A DNA stretch of 64,000 nucleotides, taken from positions 10,838,184 through 10,902,183 of the forward strand of contig OZ316895.1 of NCBI GenBank assembly GCA_973895155.1. Direction: 5' to 3'. This document shows positions 40,905 through 53,988 of the stretch, one piece after another; within the stretch, counting starts at the first letter, position 1, and each line of letters starts with the position of its first letter. The position numbers and the translations under genes were made by a program. The DNA comes from Marsupella aquatica. Lineage: Eukaryota > Plantae > Marchantiophyta. The notes under the pieces are model-generated. The model did not search any database, had not been told where the DNA came from, and was given only the letters and a program-made list of their open reading frames with translations.

Positions 40905-43900
40905 CTATGGTATGATTTCGTCTTTGGCAGAATCGTCAATCACAGATGCAGGCAACCGTGGTGTTGCAACAGCCTCCAGCTCCACAGCCTTGGAGACGCC
41001 CAGCGCAAATGTTTCCGACATGTCCAGATTTTCTGGCTTCGTTGATGCGGGCAAGGTCCAGTGGCAGGATTGGAGCATCACAGCCAACGTGTACTGCACT
41101 ACCCGCAAAGCCAGGTTCTTTCCAGGGCAGCTGCGTCGTCCCGATCCGAACGGTAGCAATTTGAAGTCTTGGCCGTGGAGATCAACCTTGGCATCCACCT
41201 GACATCACAAGCCAGGGAGGACATGAAAATAGTCAGCTCCCCTAGACAAGGAAAACTGCACGAGGTGAGAAAGAATGCACGCAAAGCATTACACTTTCGT
41301 TTATCACAAAAGTTCCTATCTCTTATGGGAAGCCATTTAGTGACAACTGAATTGTGATTGAACGCGACCATTGGTCACCTCCATGTCACCAATTCGCTCG
41401 GACAGCAAATCCCAGGAGCCTAGGTCAGGAATTGGGTGAAGTGGCATGAACACATCCAGCAGTTGACAGTCAGCACTTCAGTCCACAACAGTAAAGAAAT
41501 TTGATTGTAAAGTAGCTTGACCATTATCGCATCAGTGTGAAGATGATGTTCCTGCCATTCTAGTTCACACTAGGACCCATCAAACTGCGCTTGAAAGGAG
41601 CATCAACAGTGTTTCTCTGTGTGAAGGAAATGAGCCTTTCCTTTTGAGTTAACTTTGGGCACCCATTAAGGATACATTGTCTGTATTTTCACTGTGAGCA
41701 AATAGATTTCTTGAAGGTTCATTTCCAGCATTAGCGTGACAGTACTGGTGGGACGGTTCTGTTCGGATTTACCTGATCGGGCAGGAATCTCGAGGGCCAA
41801 AATTGCGGAGCATGTTCCCAAATCGCTGGGTCTCGTCCAATAGCCCACACGTTGACCATGACTCGCGTTTGGGCCGGGATGAAGTACTCTCCAACCTTGC
41901 AATCAGCTGTGGACTCGTGGGGTATCATTAAAGTGCCGGGGGGGTGCAATCGAAACGTCTCCTTGACGACAGCCTGCAGGTAAGGGAGGCTGGGTAAGTC
42001 GGATTCGTCCACAAGTCGAGCCCGTCCTACCACTCGGTCTAACTCCTCCAAGGCCAAGCTCATTACTGCTGGGTTCTTCAGAAGCTCCGACAGGGCCCAC
42101 TCCAACGTAATCGAGGAAGATTCAGTTCCCGCGAGAAGCACGTCCTGCACGTACGATTTTTGATTGCAATTTTAGCACTACCGAAACGAATTCAATACAA
42201 AGGGAGACTGCCAAAATTGTCGGATTTATCGACAACGTCCTTATATGCAGAATATGAACTACAAATATTGCAATCGAGAGAATCGTGTTACAGAGGACTA
42301 GTTGAGTGAAACCAGGACTAGCGAGAGGCCGCTGCTCAAACCGGTTGCGAGTGACAAGTAAGCACATACACCTCCTCCGGAAACCAAACTAATACAGCGA
42401 CTAGTCCACTCTAAACACAAACCCAAATCTATCAGACTTTCGAAAATGGGCATCATTTTAGTTGGAGCTTTCACTCAATCCCCTGCCAAGAGAGAGATTT
42501 TGAAAACGAATCCAAGTCTATGATTAGTCAACCACAGACCAGGAATCACGGCAATTAACCGCACCTCCAATCACTCGTAATGGATGGCACCTACGAAGAA
42601 GGATAATATAATAATGAACCATAAAATTCTTACCACCATCATTGCCTTGATCTGGTCCGCGGTCCTGGGTTTTCCAGTTGTCTCACTTGGAAGTGTGAGC
42701 AACGCAGTCATTATGTCATCAGCTTCAATTTTGTCATCGTTGGCCTGACTAAGGTCCCTCAAACGGGCATCCAGAAGACCTTGCAAAAATCCGTCCAGCT
42801 TCTTGTGTACGGCCCTCATTTGTTTCTCGAACCCCTGGACATGTGCCAGGTTGACATTAGACACAGCACCTCGGATGTGTTCTTTTGAAAAGATGAAATT
42901 CGTCATTTTCGGGCATCCTTCAATTCCAAGGTGTGAATCAAGGATGATCGCTCAGGAACTTTTGCCACGAGAAACATGTCAACGATTTGAGATGGAATAA
43001 AACGAGCGAACTGGGTTAAATAATAGTGTTGCATATCATCGATTCTATACTTATCTTGACTAAGGTTCATAACTAACAGACATCTGTGAGCTCAACTACG
43101 CTAAGGGGGTTCATGGGAAAAATGAGAAGACTCAGCACCTGCTAAGACAGCGGAATGTTCGGAAAAAGCGTTGCCATTATTAGACTCACTGGAATGCTGG
43201 TGGCTAGACAGTAAGAAAGAGCGAACCTGCAAGTCGAATGGCTTGAGGAACGGAATGTAATCGCTGACATTGAAGACGCCAAAGAGTCTGAAAACTTCCT
43301 TCACGGCTTCTGGAAAGCCACTGCCACGGGTTGCCAAGTCCGATGAGCCGAATATGCGTTTGCTGAACATCAACCTAGTTATTATGTTCGCGGACATTTG
43401 ACAGAGCTCACTGGATATCGACACCGCAGCCTCGCCGCTGCCTCCCTCCGACTGTTTCAACGCCGATCGCACCATGAGTAGAATCTCCTCTTTCCTCACC
43501 CTCTGCAAAAATTCAGTACAGATCGACCCGTCCTTCAATTTAGCAACGATTCAATCCATTGCTGAGCAAGAATTCTCCCGTCCTCCAATTTTGCAACAAT
43601 CAACGATTCATCCATTGCTTTATTACTCAAATGGATGAATGAGCTTTATTGCTCAGCAATGGATAAAATTTCTTTGCGTGAAATTTTGGTTCAATCAAAG
43701 AAATTTTTGACAAGTGGCTTTTATAAAATTCTACTAGTAGAGAGATGCCTGCTGCAAGAGAAATCAAATCTAGAACAACCTCACCTCGGACAGAGACCGA
43801 GACAGAGACCAACCTGAGTGTCGTCAATGCGCTTGCTAGTGACCAGCTTTGTGGTGAACAGTTTACGCGCATTAAGCCATTGGTCACCATACGGCAAAAA

Positions 43901-44314
43901 ACCAAAGTTCTGGGTACCGTAGCCCATAATGTCGGAACTTATGACATGAGGGCGTGACGCGAACACTTTGTCGTGAGTCTTGAGTATCAGCTCGGCCATT
44001 TCTGCGGACGAGACAACGAGCGTCGGCATCGATCCGAGCCGGAGGTACATCAGAGGTCCATAAGTGTGGGCCAGTTTTTGGAGAGATTTGTGCGGAAGAG
44101 CTCCAAGAGCAGCCAAATTGCCGATGATTGGCAATGGCGTTGGACCAGGGGGTAATAAATATCCTTGCCGACGCTGCATCTTCTGCAGTTTCCCTGATTT
44201 TGAAACATCTTTGCGAAGCACGAAATTGGAAAGAACTAGTATGCAGACAACTGCAACAAGGATTCCTCGGGCGGTGAAAAGCAGCTCCAACATATCTGCG
44301 ACAGGGACTACCAT
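40905..44314 (-). CDS. cytochrome P450, CYP71 clan (A-type), ~547 aa, 5 exons
   Basis: Exons 44314-43814, 43502-43227, 42834-42634, 42144-41773 and 41198-40905, with all introns phase 0 GT-AG. Has a TM anchor, PPGPTPLPIIGNL, I-helix AGTESS, KETFR (ExxR), PSRF (PERF variant) and the heme motif PFGSGRRSCPG. Confidence 0.95.
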
Positions 44315-46998
44315 CCTTACTGGTCCCAAAACCTAATAAATAGTTGCCACACTGGAATTCTCCGAAGATAATTCCAAAGTTGAGGTGACTGGATATAATT
44401 TTCGCGTAGTTTTTTTTCGGTCCAGCTGAAATCTCAAGTGGGCTGACGAGGAGGTCTTGGTAGACCCCTTCCACCTTTTGGTTGCAGAGAAGTGATCTAA
44501 ATGCAATGTATATGCCCTCAATCGAGATTGATCTCGTGCCGTCCACAGAAATGAATGTGGCGTAGGAAGGCTCCAACTGAGGTCTAGGTTGAAACTGAAG
44601 TGTTGTTCAATTCCAGTGGAACAATGCGTCCAGAATTGTCTCAGTGATTTATCGTTATTGCTACAAGCTCGAGTATTCGAGCCAACCCTAGCGTCTAATC
44701 ATTCTCACTCTAAAAGCACACCTTCAAAACTGGCGCAAGAAATCTACGATGGAGTGAATAGTTCACTGCTCTGTGGCTCGATCTCCGTCGATCAGTCATG
44801 AACTCGATGCCCACTATAACAGCTCAGTGTGAGTTTGTAAATCTGAATGTGTCGGAAGATATCGCTCAGGCGCATATATCTAGAAGGCAGCCAAACTACA
44901 ATGGAGCTCAATTCCAATCGTTCAACATACTTGGATGTCGGATGAGGTACAGTTTCTAATTGGCACGACCCCTCACAATCTTCAATAAATGTAAGATTTG
45001 TGCAAGGCTTCTAGATTCACAGTTCATACCAGGACTCCACCACGCGCAACTTTGTGTGGAGGATCGACGCTAGTCAGATAGCTGCAAGCAAAAGTTCGTT
45101 GTACAGCTTAAGTACTTTCGATCGACAGCCGCTCGAAGGGCACCAGAAAGCGAAGGTTCTTATTCGATCAAAGTTCATTTCTACAGTACAAAGTAAGGCT
45201 CGGCGGCGGTCGATAGGTAAATATTAATCTAGTACGGTGCGTCCAGTCAAAGCGAATGACCAGGCGCCCCAATTCCTCACTTCAGTCAATGGAAATAATC
45301 TAATCGGAAGGACATGCAAGGGGAAGGTTATCCACAGCGCGCAGCCCTACGATGACTGCGTAGTGCAGAAACTTTTTTTAGCTCTGTAGCATAGCGAAAG
45401 TCTTCTCTGATGACTCTGATGACAAGCTTGTGAAACTGATTTCAACCCAGAGCGGCTTTCCGAAATTCTCGTCTTTAATTAATGACAACTCAGCAGCAAC
45501 TCAGCAGTGTGAGAGATGCACTTGCCAATCAGGTAGCTAGGCACCAATTTCTCTTGACTCTGCAGGCCCCTTCCTTTTTTTGAAGGACAGAAAATCGTTT
45601 GTGCCCTTTTGCACTTTGATATATGCGCAGAACACGCACACGGCAAAAGCTAGAGGGCAGCAGCCATAGTCGTTGAAGGGGGCCCCGCAAAACCAACACA
45701 CGCCGCGCGCGCACGCTAGGATACACTAGAGAAACAAATCGGCAAGAAGGTAGGAATCCGCAAATTGGGTTGGACCCCACAGGCCGCAAAGATAGGAGTC
45801 AGACCTATCGGTACAACAGGGCCAATGCATAATTCCAAGTACGAGGTGTGGCTGGGCAGGGGATTAGCTTAGTACCGAGAGGTCCTAGGTGGGCTGTAGT
45901 GTGGTGGCAGTACTGGTTTCGCTTCGGCACCTGGCTACTCACTTTGGGGTCACTCTGTCCCTCCTGGGGTCTCCTTGGCATCGTCCCTTACCTTACAGAA
46001 GTGACACAAAGTAGATCGTCTAGTCTCTAGTAAATGTGTCTGCTATCGGTTTCAAGTAAAATATAAATCTACGAGGTGTGTGGACTCTGATGGCATTGTG
46101 ACGAGTCAAGCTACGGGGGCGGCGCATTGCCAGAGTAGTAGCCCAATGAGCTGAACGGAAGCGGGTCCATCGGCTGCTGTCACTGACGAAACCATGGACT
46201 TGAAGTGTCCACTTACTAGCCAGAATGATGTTGTCTGGATACAGATGCATCCCGGTTACAAATTAGCACTATTAATGTGCCTGCCCGACGGTACATATAT
46301 TACCGCATGTCAAAACTCACACTCCTGCGCTCGGGAGTGTTGAATGATGTTGTCTGACGTACCCATGCTCTACGAGTTAGGGTGAGCTCTGCAGTCAGTC
46401 GTGTAACCTTGTGAAAGCTCTACCAAACAATCTGTAGTCGCCGTGCTGCGGCAGAAATCTGGCTGAGTGACGCTGATTGACACTAGCATCCATCCAGTGT
46501 CTGAAGACAAAGCAAGATTCAAACAGGATTGACATTTCTGGCAGCAGCGTACCCTTTCATACAATTTCCCTGCATTATAAGATGCATCGGCCGTCATTGA
46601 AATATGCATGAAGGGTGCTCTGCTGCCACGGATCTCAATGGTGTCCAGATTACGCTCAATTTCCATTTCCTGTAGATCAACACTTTCGAGATTACATCGG
46701 CTGAGCTGCTGCCACAGGTTTCGATCTCAATCAATGGTGTCTGTGCACATCTTTTCAATGTTCTCTAGATCAATGTACGTAAGATTCGCCAAGCATTAAA
46801 ATCTGGGAACATACATTCTGACTCTTACTTTCCGGAAGTGGTCATGAAGGGAAACAAAAGCCAGGATGGACCAAGACATTATTGTCCTTGGAGTGAGTAA
46901 GGCAATGGTTGCTTTTACACCAAATATAAAAAGTCCCTGGAGTGCATACGGCAATGGTTACTTTTACACCAATAGAAAAAGGGACCCATCACAGATTT

Positions 46999-47237
46999 GC
47001 AGTTGACCACTTTAAGTACCTTGGAGAGAAAGTAGTGCAGTTGACCACTTTAAGTACCCTGGAGAGAAAGACAGAAAGTAGTAAGCCGTCATGGTCCTGA
47101 GTAATGGCATGACGTCTTGACAACTTTCAGGTCCAAGATCTCCATTTGTGAAGTTACCAAGTAAATAGGTATGGCATGACGTCTTGACAACTTTCAGCTC
47201 CAAGGTCTCCATTTGTGAAGTTACCAAGTAAATAGGT
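46999..47237. repeat. two short tandem duplications (~37-bp and ~68-bp periods)
   Basis: GCAGTTGACCACTTTAAGTACC.TGGAGAGAAAG x2 and ATGGCATGACGTCTTGACAACTTTCAG...GTAAATAGGT x2. Confidence 0.85.
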
Positions 47238-48218
47238 TTGATAATGTACAGGATTGAGACAGGCTGCAAACAATAAGGAGACCTTTTACAAATTACATAG
47301 TCCAAAGTGTAAACAATGTTATTTGAGTCAATTTAAATGTTCTGAGCAAGTCCATCTAAGCTTTGCCAGCCGATCTGGGCTTCATAGACAAAGTGGATTT
47401 TATATATGAACGAAAAGGAAAAAAAAGGGAATGCATTCCCCTACCAAAACAGAGTTCCAATTTCCTTTGTGCCAAAGAAGCTTGGATTGCTTGACACAAA
47501 CTCCTTACTATGTTACATGCATGTGTAAGGTATTGAAAAAATTGTCCCTTTGCACTTCTTGTACTACTATATGTGTGTGAGGTGCACAAGTACTTTTCTT
47601 GTCTCTATTGTCTATTTTCTTTGTCATTTAGCCCACCCGGAGGAGTTGTCCAATTTTCCCATAATGCACTCTAAACAGGGCGTTGCTCTACAAGTAAACC
47701 CCTAGCTTCCTTTCTTCTATGAGTGCAGGTAGCCTACCCTGGGGGTTCTGAGATTTAGGCCATCTTGGCTAGCCCACCTGGAGGAGTTATCCAATTTTAG
47801 GCGGCAATTTTCAGGTCATAAATCTAGAGTAAAACTACACTAGTGGCTCAGTGTTAATCCATGATCATTTGGGGGGCATGGGTTTGCCTTACACATTCTT
47901 ATGTTTTCTTCACGTCTCTAGTCTAAGAGAGTACTAATTTTACTCTCAAGTAAAGGAGACAGTAAGGTCTCAATGTGTAGACAATTCTTCTCAATCAAGT
48001 GATCTGTGTAAAGTTTGTTTTTCCTTTGTTCACTCTACTAAGATCGAGCATAGGTTGTTTTAAGCTCACACATTGTAGTGTACTCTTTTCCTTCACATTC
48101 TAGTTCACTGTTGTTTCTTTCCCCCAAATGTGATCACTTGACATCATGGTCCCTGGATTCCAGCCATGGTATCCCAAGCTAGTGGTAAATGTACAGAAAT
48201 GAAAAGTTCAATGATGTC

Positions 48219-48748
48219 CAATGTAAAACTAAAATTGGCAAATACACATATGGGGTTGCTCTCAATGACATGACCTTCAACTATGGATCTTGGGCTACAA
48301 TATGGGAAATCCATGAGAACATCTTACAAATCCCAGATCCCCTGGTTCCCCCTAGAACCCCATGAAAGTATTTGCTTTGCAAGGGTAGAAGTTGTACTGC
48401 AGGCTAGACTGATAGCTTTGTCTATCACGGACCCACTGTGTGCCACCGCCACCGCCCCCGCCCCCCCACACCTCTCCACTGGCTTTCTGGGTTTGTGCCG
48501 CCCCCACACCTCTCCACTGGCTTTCGGGGTCTGTGCTGCCCGTTCTGCTGTGATTGAATTTCTGGTTTGGCTTCCTTTCTTGGGGCCTGCTTCTTTCCTT
48601 TCTTGGGGCCTGCTTCTCTCCTGTCCCGGCTTCCCTGGTCTTTTGTATAGACCTCTGGTCCCCAGTGCCTACCCCCTCTTGTGAGCCACCCTTGTTGTAT
48701 GCTGGCTTTTTGAATGAAATTCAATGGGCTTTTTTCTAGGCACAAAAT
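48219..48748 (+). mobile_element. 5'-truncated LINE-like retroelement with 16-bp target-site duplication
   Basis: AAAGTTCAATGATGTC flanks the segment at 48203-48218 and 48749-48764. Inside is a short terminal frame (QCKTKIGKYTYGVALNDMTFNYGSWATIWEIHENILQIPDPLVPPRTP*), then a pyrimidine/C-rich 3' UTR-like tract and an A-rich end. Confidence 0.6.
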
Positions 48749-49756
48749 AAAGTTCAATGATGTCTATGGGGACTTTAGCTTCTCTTTCTCTCTAACATTT
48801 ACCAACTTCAGAACACATTCAAGTCATCGGTCAATCGAATGCAGTGCAATTTTTAGATCAAGAATTCGTCACGATTTCGTAGAGTTTGAGCTCTGAAGGA
48901 GAAAGAGCATGAGTTCTGAAGGAGGAGGCTTCTGCAAGGGTTTGTTGCACCCTCTTTCTCTGGACTAGCCCTGAGTTGCTCGTGCTCACCCTGTAAGATC
49001 ACAAACATTGACGCCTCTTGGCTGTCGAGCTTAGTTTGTTTCCAGAGGTACGATTTCGCAACGAATGGTTGTTGGAACTGCCCGGCACTACATCGCACGT
49101 GAAGCTCACTGGGCACCCTTGTCAAAGCTCAAACAACTTCTGTACTCGTGCAAAAGGTACACGAGAACTGCAGTTATCGGCCCAGCCCAGAGCAGTGTAC
49201 TTGCTAAGGAAGCTTGGAGTTAGCATGCCGCTGCGATTACTACCACCTTGAAGGAGGAAGGAAACTTTGACTACGAGATCGGGAGTCGATCAATTCAACG
49301 AAAAGCCACGCACTCGAAGGAGCACCTTGACTTAACTCGCAAAGTAGTTCTCGATGGCTTGCAGCGAGGAACCTACTGGCCAAAGAAATCAACGAGAACT
49401 TTTGGCTGCCTGTAAGCGGCACCCTTTTCTGTTACAAGGTAAACAATGCCAGAAGCACCAGAGGAGGCCTTTCCGGTTGCTAGGTAATCAACGATTGTCA
49501 TCAGCAACAGAAGCCCTCTCACGAGTGACACTCGGAGTGTACAACTTTGGTTGTAGCTCGGAATTTGCGGATAGATATGAATCAAGGAATTTCCTCGGCG
49601 CGGATCGAGGACGGACGCCATTCTCCCGTGCCATTTCGCAGTATATAACCCGCGCCATTGGAATCCAACTTACCAACTTAGCTACAGACGAGATCATAAC
49701 ATTCAAGCCACCCACATGTTTCTCAGTTTTCTCGATCTCAGTTACAGACAACAATC

Positions 49757-50257
49757 ATGACCACCGGTGAAAAGATATTCGCTGTAGCTGCTCGCAGCTG
49801 TGCTCTTTTTCTTCTGCTGCTTCTGCTCGCAGCTTCCTTTCCATCAGCCCGATCTTCAACTTCGACTGGAATGGCAGGGAGCGATACCAACAACAGTGCT
49901 CCAGCAGCAACAAAAGGTATTTGATTTTTCTATTAAGAGTTAGTTGGCATTCCTCCCTTTTAAGTGTGCACACACCGTTTCTCATTCACAAGTTTCCGTT
50001 CGAAATTTAATCTTTTGAATCGTTGATTCAGCCATGTTCATTGGATAATTGATTGAACTGCAGGTCCCCACGGAAGTAGTGCCTCTGCCGCCGTGAATAC
50101 TTCAGAAGCTGCAGAAGTTGCAGTGACGGAGATTCTGATTGATGGTGAAGTGAGGCCTTTAGATGACGAGTGTTTCGAGGTCTGCTGCTGGCAAGGGGAT
50201 GCTAATTGTCCATATCCTTACTGCAACTACAACCAATCTCCTTGCAATGGGGACTGA
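49757..50257 (+). CDS. secreted cysteine-rich peptide precursor (117 aa, 2 exons, C-terminal 6-Cys domain)
   Basis: Exons 49757-49916 (AAAG|GTATTT) and 50064-50257 (CTGCAG|), phase 1 matched. Protein: MTTGEKIFAVAARSCALFLLLLLLAASFPSARSSTSTGMAGSDTNNSAPAATKGPHGSSASAAVNTSEAAEVAVTEILIDGEVRPLDDECFEVCCWQGDANCPYPYCNYNQSPCNGD*. Not in the ORF track. Confidence 0.75.
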
Positions 50258-51109
50258 TCGTCTGACAGATCAATTCAAGATCGACTATCCAACAACGAAG
50301 CATGTCACGCAAGCTTGAGATCATTGTGCACAGATATTTCCAATCTAGAAGGGACAGAGTGAATTACTTTAATTGGGTTGTACTTGAATCACTTCCTGGA
50401 GAGCATTCGCTGAGTTCTACGCTCATTAGCTGTACTGACACCCGAAACATGCATTAATGTTGCAGAATATCTTTTGTATCTAATATTGTTGAGTTGTTCA
50501 GTTTCCAAAGACAACATTTCCCCGTTTACGGAATATTGAAATCACGTGAAGGGACCCCGGCAAAGTAATAGGTTTATGTCTCTTACGTGTTCAAACTCCG
50601 AGGACTGATCTAGCTTTTCGAATCAAAATTCACGGACCAACAGGATGGTTGACAGTGAGGCCTGTCTAATGTAGGGCCTCAATGTTTTTTAAGTAGGTGT
50701 GCATATGATGGCAAGTAGGCCAGATGAGAATCACTAAAGGTCAACGTACTTCCTGGCATGTATGTAGAAATATCTATACTCAGTTCATCAAGTATAAATA
50801 TATCTTTCCTTCAACCATCAACTTGTGATGAGCCGTTACATAGTGTTGAAATTTTTATCTCCTGTACGCAAAACTATTATGATCAGCGACAATGAGGAAT
50901 GTATACGGAGAAGTTATCAATCCCACTATCAATGAGTCTAAGGAAGGTTGCAATATCTACAATGGCTCTCAACATCATATCAGGTTCCAACAGAAAGAAA
51001 GTTGAACCTGTGCTTTCCCGGGTACAATCTTGAAGTGTCTTCGGCTCATTCAATTTTATAGATTCTGTGACATTCAACGACACAGATATGCTACTCTGAC
51101 GATTGTTAT

Positions 51110-51211
51110 CGTGAGAGCACTCATTTGCTTGGACCCAGGAAGGCGTTAAACGGGGTAGGGCGTGAGAGCACTCCTTTGCTTGGACTCAGGAAGGCGTTAA
51201 TGGGGTGGGGG
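51110..51211. repeat. 51-bp tandem duplication
   Basis: CGTGAGAGCACTC.TTTGCTTGGAC.CAGGAAGGCGTTAA..GGGT.GGG x2. Confidence 0.85.
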
Positions 51212-51482
51212 TAACGATTGTGCTAGAACGGCACACTTACTTCTTGATTGCACTTGTGTGTCATTAATTGCAAGCAGATCTGCATGTCACATGGGCCGGG
51301 GCTGATGCAGGCAGCAAATCATTTTTTGTGGCTGCTAGATGAACATTACTTCTAGATTTTGAGAATCGGGATACAAAACTATCGTGGCTCAACATCTCAC
51401 TAGTATGAGAATTGTGGAGCTCCAGATAATTGAATGTGTTACGCTACTGTCAAATTGAAGACGCCCAGTCATGCAGTCTCGT

Positions 51483-53988
51483 CTATGATAGTGCCGGCAA
51501 TGGTGTAACTGCTCCAGTAGCTTGCAATGCGCGAGGCATTAAGCGTGAAGCCAGCTCTTCACGCTCCGCAATTGCAGAACTGAAGTGTTCGAAAGGGACT
51601 GGGAGCGGTTGCTTCCAAGCTGCAGAGATGCAGTCACGGGCCAGTTTTTGGAAGTTTGCAACCTCCATAGGTGGCAGCTGCAGCACATCGTCCATGTCCT
51701 TGAATGGATCCCACTTCACCTCCCTTGTGTACGTCCCTGCAACAGGCACGTCCCTTTTCCAAACTCCCTCGTACTTCGAGTCTTTCTCTTTGTAGTAGAA
51801 CACTCCCAATCCTTCCTTCACGTCGTCCACCCAATGTCCAATGTATACGTTACCATTCACTGTCCATCCATCGCATCATTGCCCGTTAATTTCTTCCGGA
51901 TTTGAGAACGCTCTACTCTGAATTGAACCAATGTCAGGTTGTCGACCTCACTCACTCAATTCAATTATCATTTACCCACAACATAATCTTTATCTTGAAC
52001 TCATGACTTCAATCACTGTCTTGGTCTCTCTTTCTTGATCTAAATTTCTAGTACGACAAGAAAATGTTCCAGTTTTTGTTACCAGGACACTGAAGAAGAG
52101 CAGACCCTTGTGTTTTTATTTGCACGAGTTAACTGTATGATGAAGAACCAGCATGAATCCGACCTCTTATGCTACATTGCAGATCGAGAATACTTGCAAC
52201 TAAGAAAATAGCTACCTATACCTACAAAATGAGGGAGTCTTTCCAAAGAACAGTCACGATTGAGCCAACCCTTTTGGCTTCAAACAATGTTTCAAAGACA
52301 TAATTGGAGATCCCATTATTGTTAAGTTGGCAGTAGTGTCAGCTAGTCAATGAAATGATGAATTGAGATGAATTGACCCGTAGACCATGTTGACACCAAA
52401 ATTAAGCTTACCCATAGTTAGAGTCCCAACACCATTACGCATATCATTCGCCCACTCTCCGTTGTATACATGATATGTGTCTTTCTCATCCATCCAATGG
52501 CGGTAGGTCTGCTTCCCACAACCACTTCGCTTTCCATACTCGAAGGATCCCACATAAATTTCTCCACATAACCCATACAACAGTCCTGTGCCCTGCCACA
52601 AATTTGTCACTGCATTGAAGCATCATGGCCAAGCCTAAAATGGTTACAGTTAGGCAATCCTCAGCGGTTTAGGATTCTGTGATTAAGTCCTAGAATCTCT
52701 CTTCAGGGTTCTCACTAAGCTGGTTCTCTTGATTATGACACTCCTAATGTCATTGCAATTTCTTGATCCCGGTTTGTATTATATTCTAGGGTCCACCTGT
52801 CACGCTAAGATCTAATCAAGATGATTCCAGTAAACTGAGCTTGTTAAGTTGAATAATACAGATAATGTGGGACCAGTTGTATGTGTTACATGTTTTTATG
52901 CCATTCAGATTATATCGTCAGTTATCATCAGAACTGCCTCCCAACTTTGCACATCCTCTTGACCAGCCGGTTAGAATCAAGTATCTTCCGAATTCGCCAA
53001 CTCATGAGCATATTGACTGTGCTCATGACAAATCTGCTGACATTGAGATCATGTGACTAGAGGACATACATGCCACAAATTGTTTCTCCAATGACCTCGG
53101 TAGGTTGGGCGGTAGGTTTCAGTTTCATTGTCGAGAACCCAAAATGTGCCATGCCCTTCTCTCTTTCCTTCTATAAATTGGCCCTCGTATCTGTTCCCAC
53201 TTTTATACAAGTGAGTGCCAGTTCCTGCGTTGTCCACAACATAACCGAAATTCATAGATACCCCATAAATGTAAGAGGTGTGAAACACTATAAGTGACAT
53301 TCGATTTCATGAAGTGGAAAAAACTTTGGGACATTGCTCATCATTATGCTAATGAGCTAGACGTTAGTTAGACACAGAAAAATCTTCACATCAGAGAAGA
53401 GAAATCATCATCATCATCATCAATAACAATAACAGTAACAGTAACAACCAACAAAGACATTTGACAACATTTCAACAAAGCACCGACTAGCTGATAGTGT
53501 AAATGAATCTTGGCAATGAAATTTCTCTTGGTTTCTTAAAATTGTTGGATGGAATGTTCAACATTTGCAACAATATTGTTGTGCAACCCTCCAACATAAG
53601 TCTAGCATTGAAGATTGTAACCAACAAATCGATTGAGACTAATTAGGTTGGAACTCAATACATAAGTGGACACATTCACTCATAAGATTGGGCGCCCCAC
53701 AACAAGTGCTAAATCGGTTCATTTGGGAATGATATTATAATTGATCACCAAGTGAGTTCCGAATTGCTCTGGATTTCACAAAGAAAAAATGCTAATGATC
53801 GATTGCCAGTGGCTAGTGGCATCACCATGTCTCTTATCATTGCTCCATTCTCCCTTGTATACATCACCAGTTACCCAATAGATGGCAACGCGAAAGCCTT
53901 CTTTTTTGGAAATACGTTCTCTATATCGAGAATAGGTCTCGCCTGGAAGGAGCTCCCTAGTTGACAGTTGTGGTGATGCATTATCCAT
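51483..53988 (-). CDS. MORN3: MORN repeat-containing protein 3-like (axonemal radial spoke), ~291 aa, 4 exons
   Basis: Exons 53988-53826, 53224-53070, 52592-52412 and 51859-51483 total 876 nt with phases 1,0,1. About seven MORN repeats (GDVYKGEWSNDKRHG.G, GNRYEGQFIEGKREGHG, etc.). The N-terminal SKKEGFRVAIYWVTG and C-terminal LPPMEV tail follow the MORN3 layout. Confidence 0.85.

Noticed and set aside
43884-44576. 230-aa minus-strand ORF
   Set aside because: Alternative frame overlapping P450 exon 1, with no recognisable motif.
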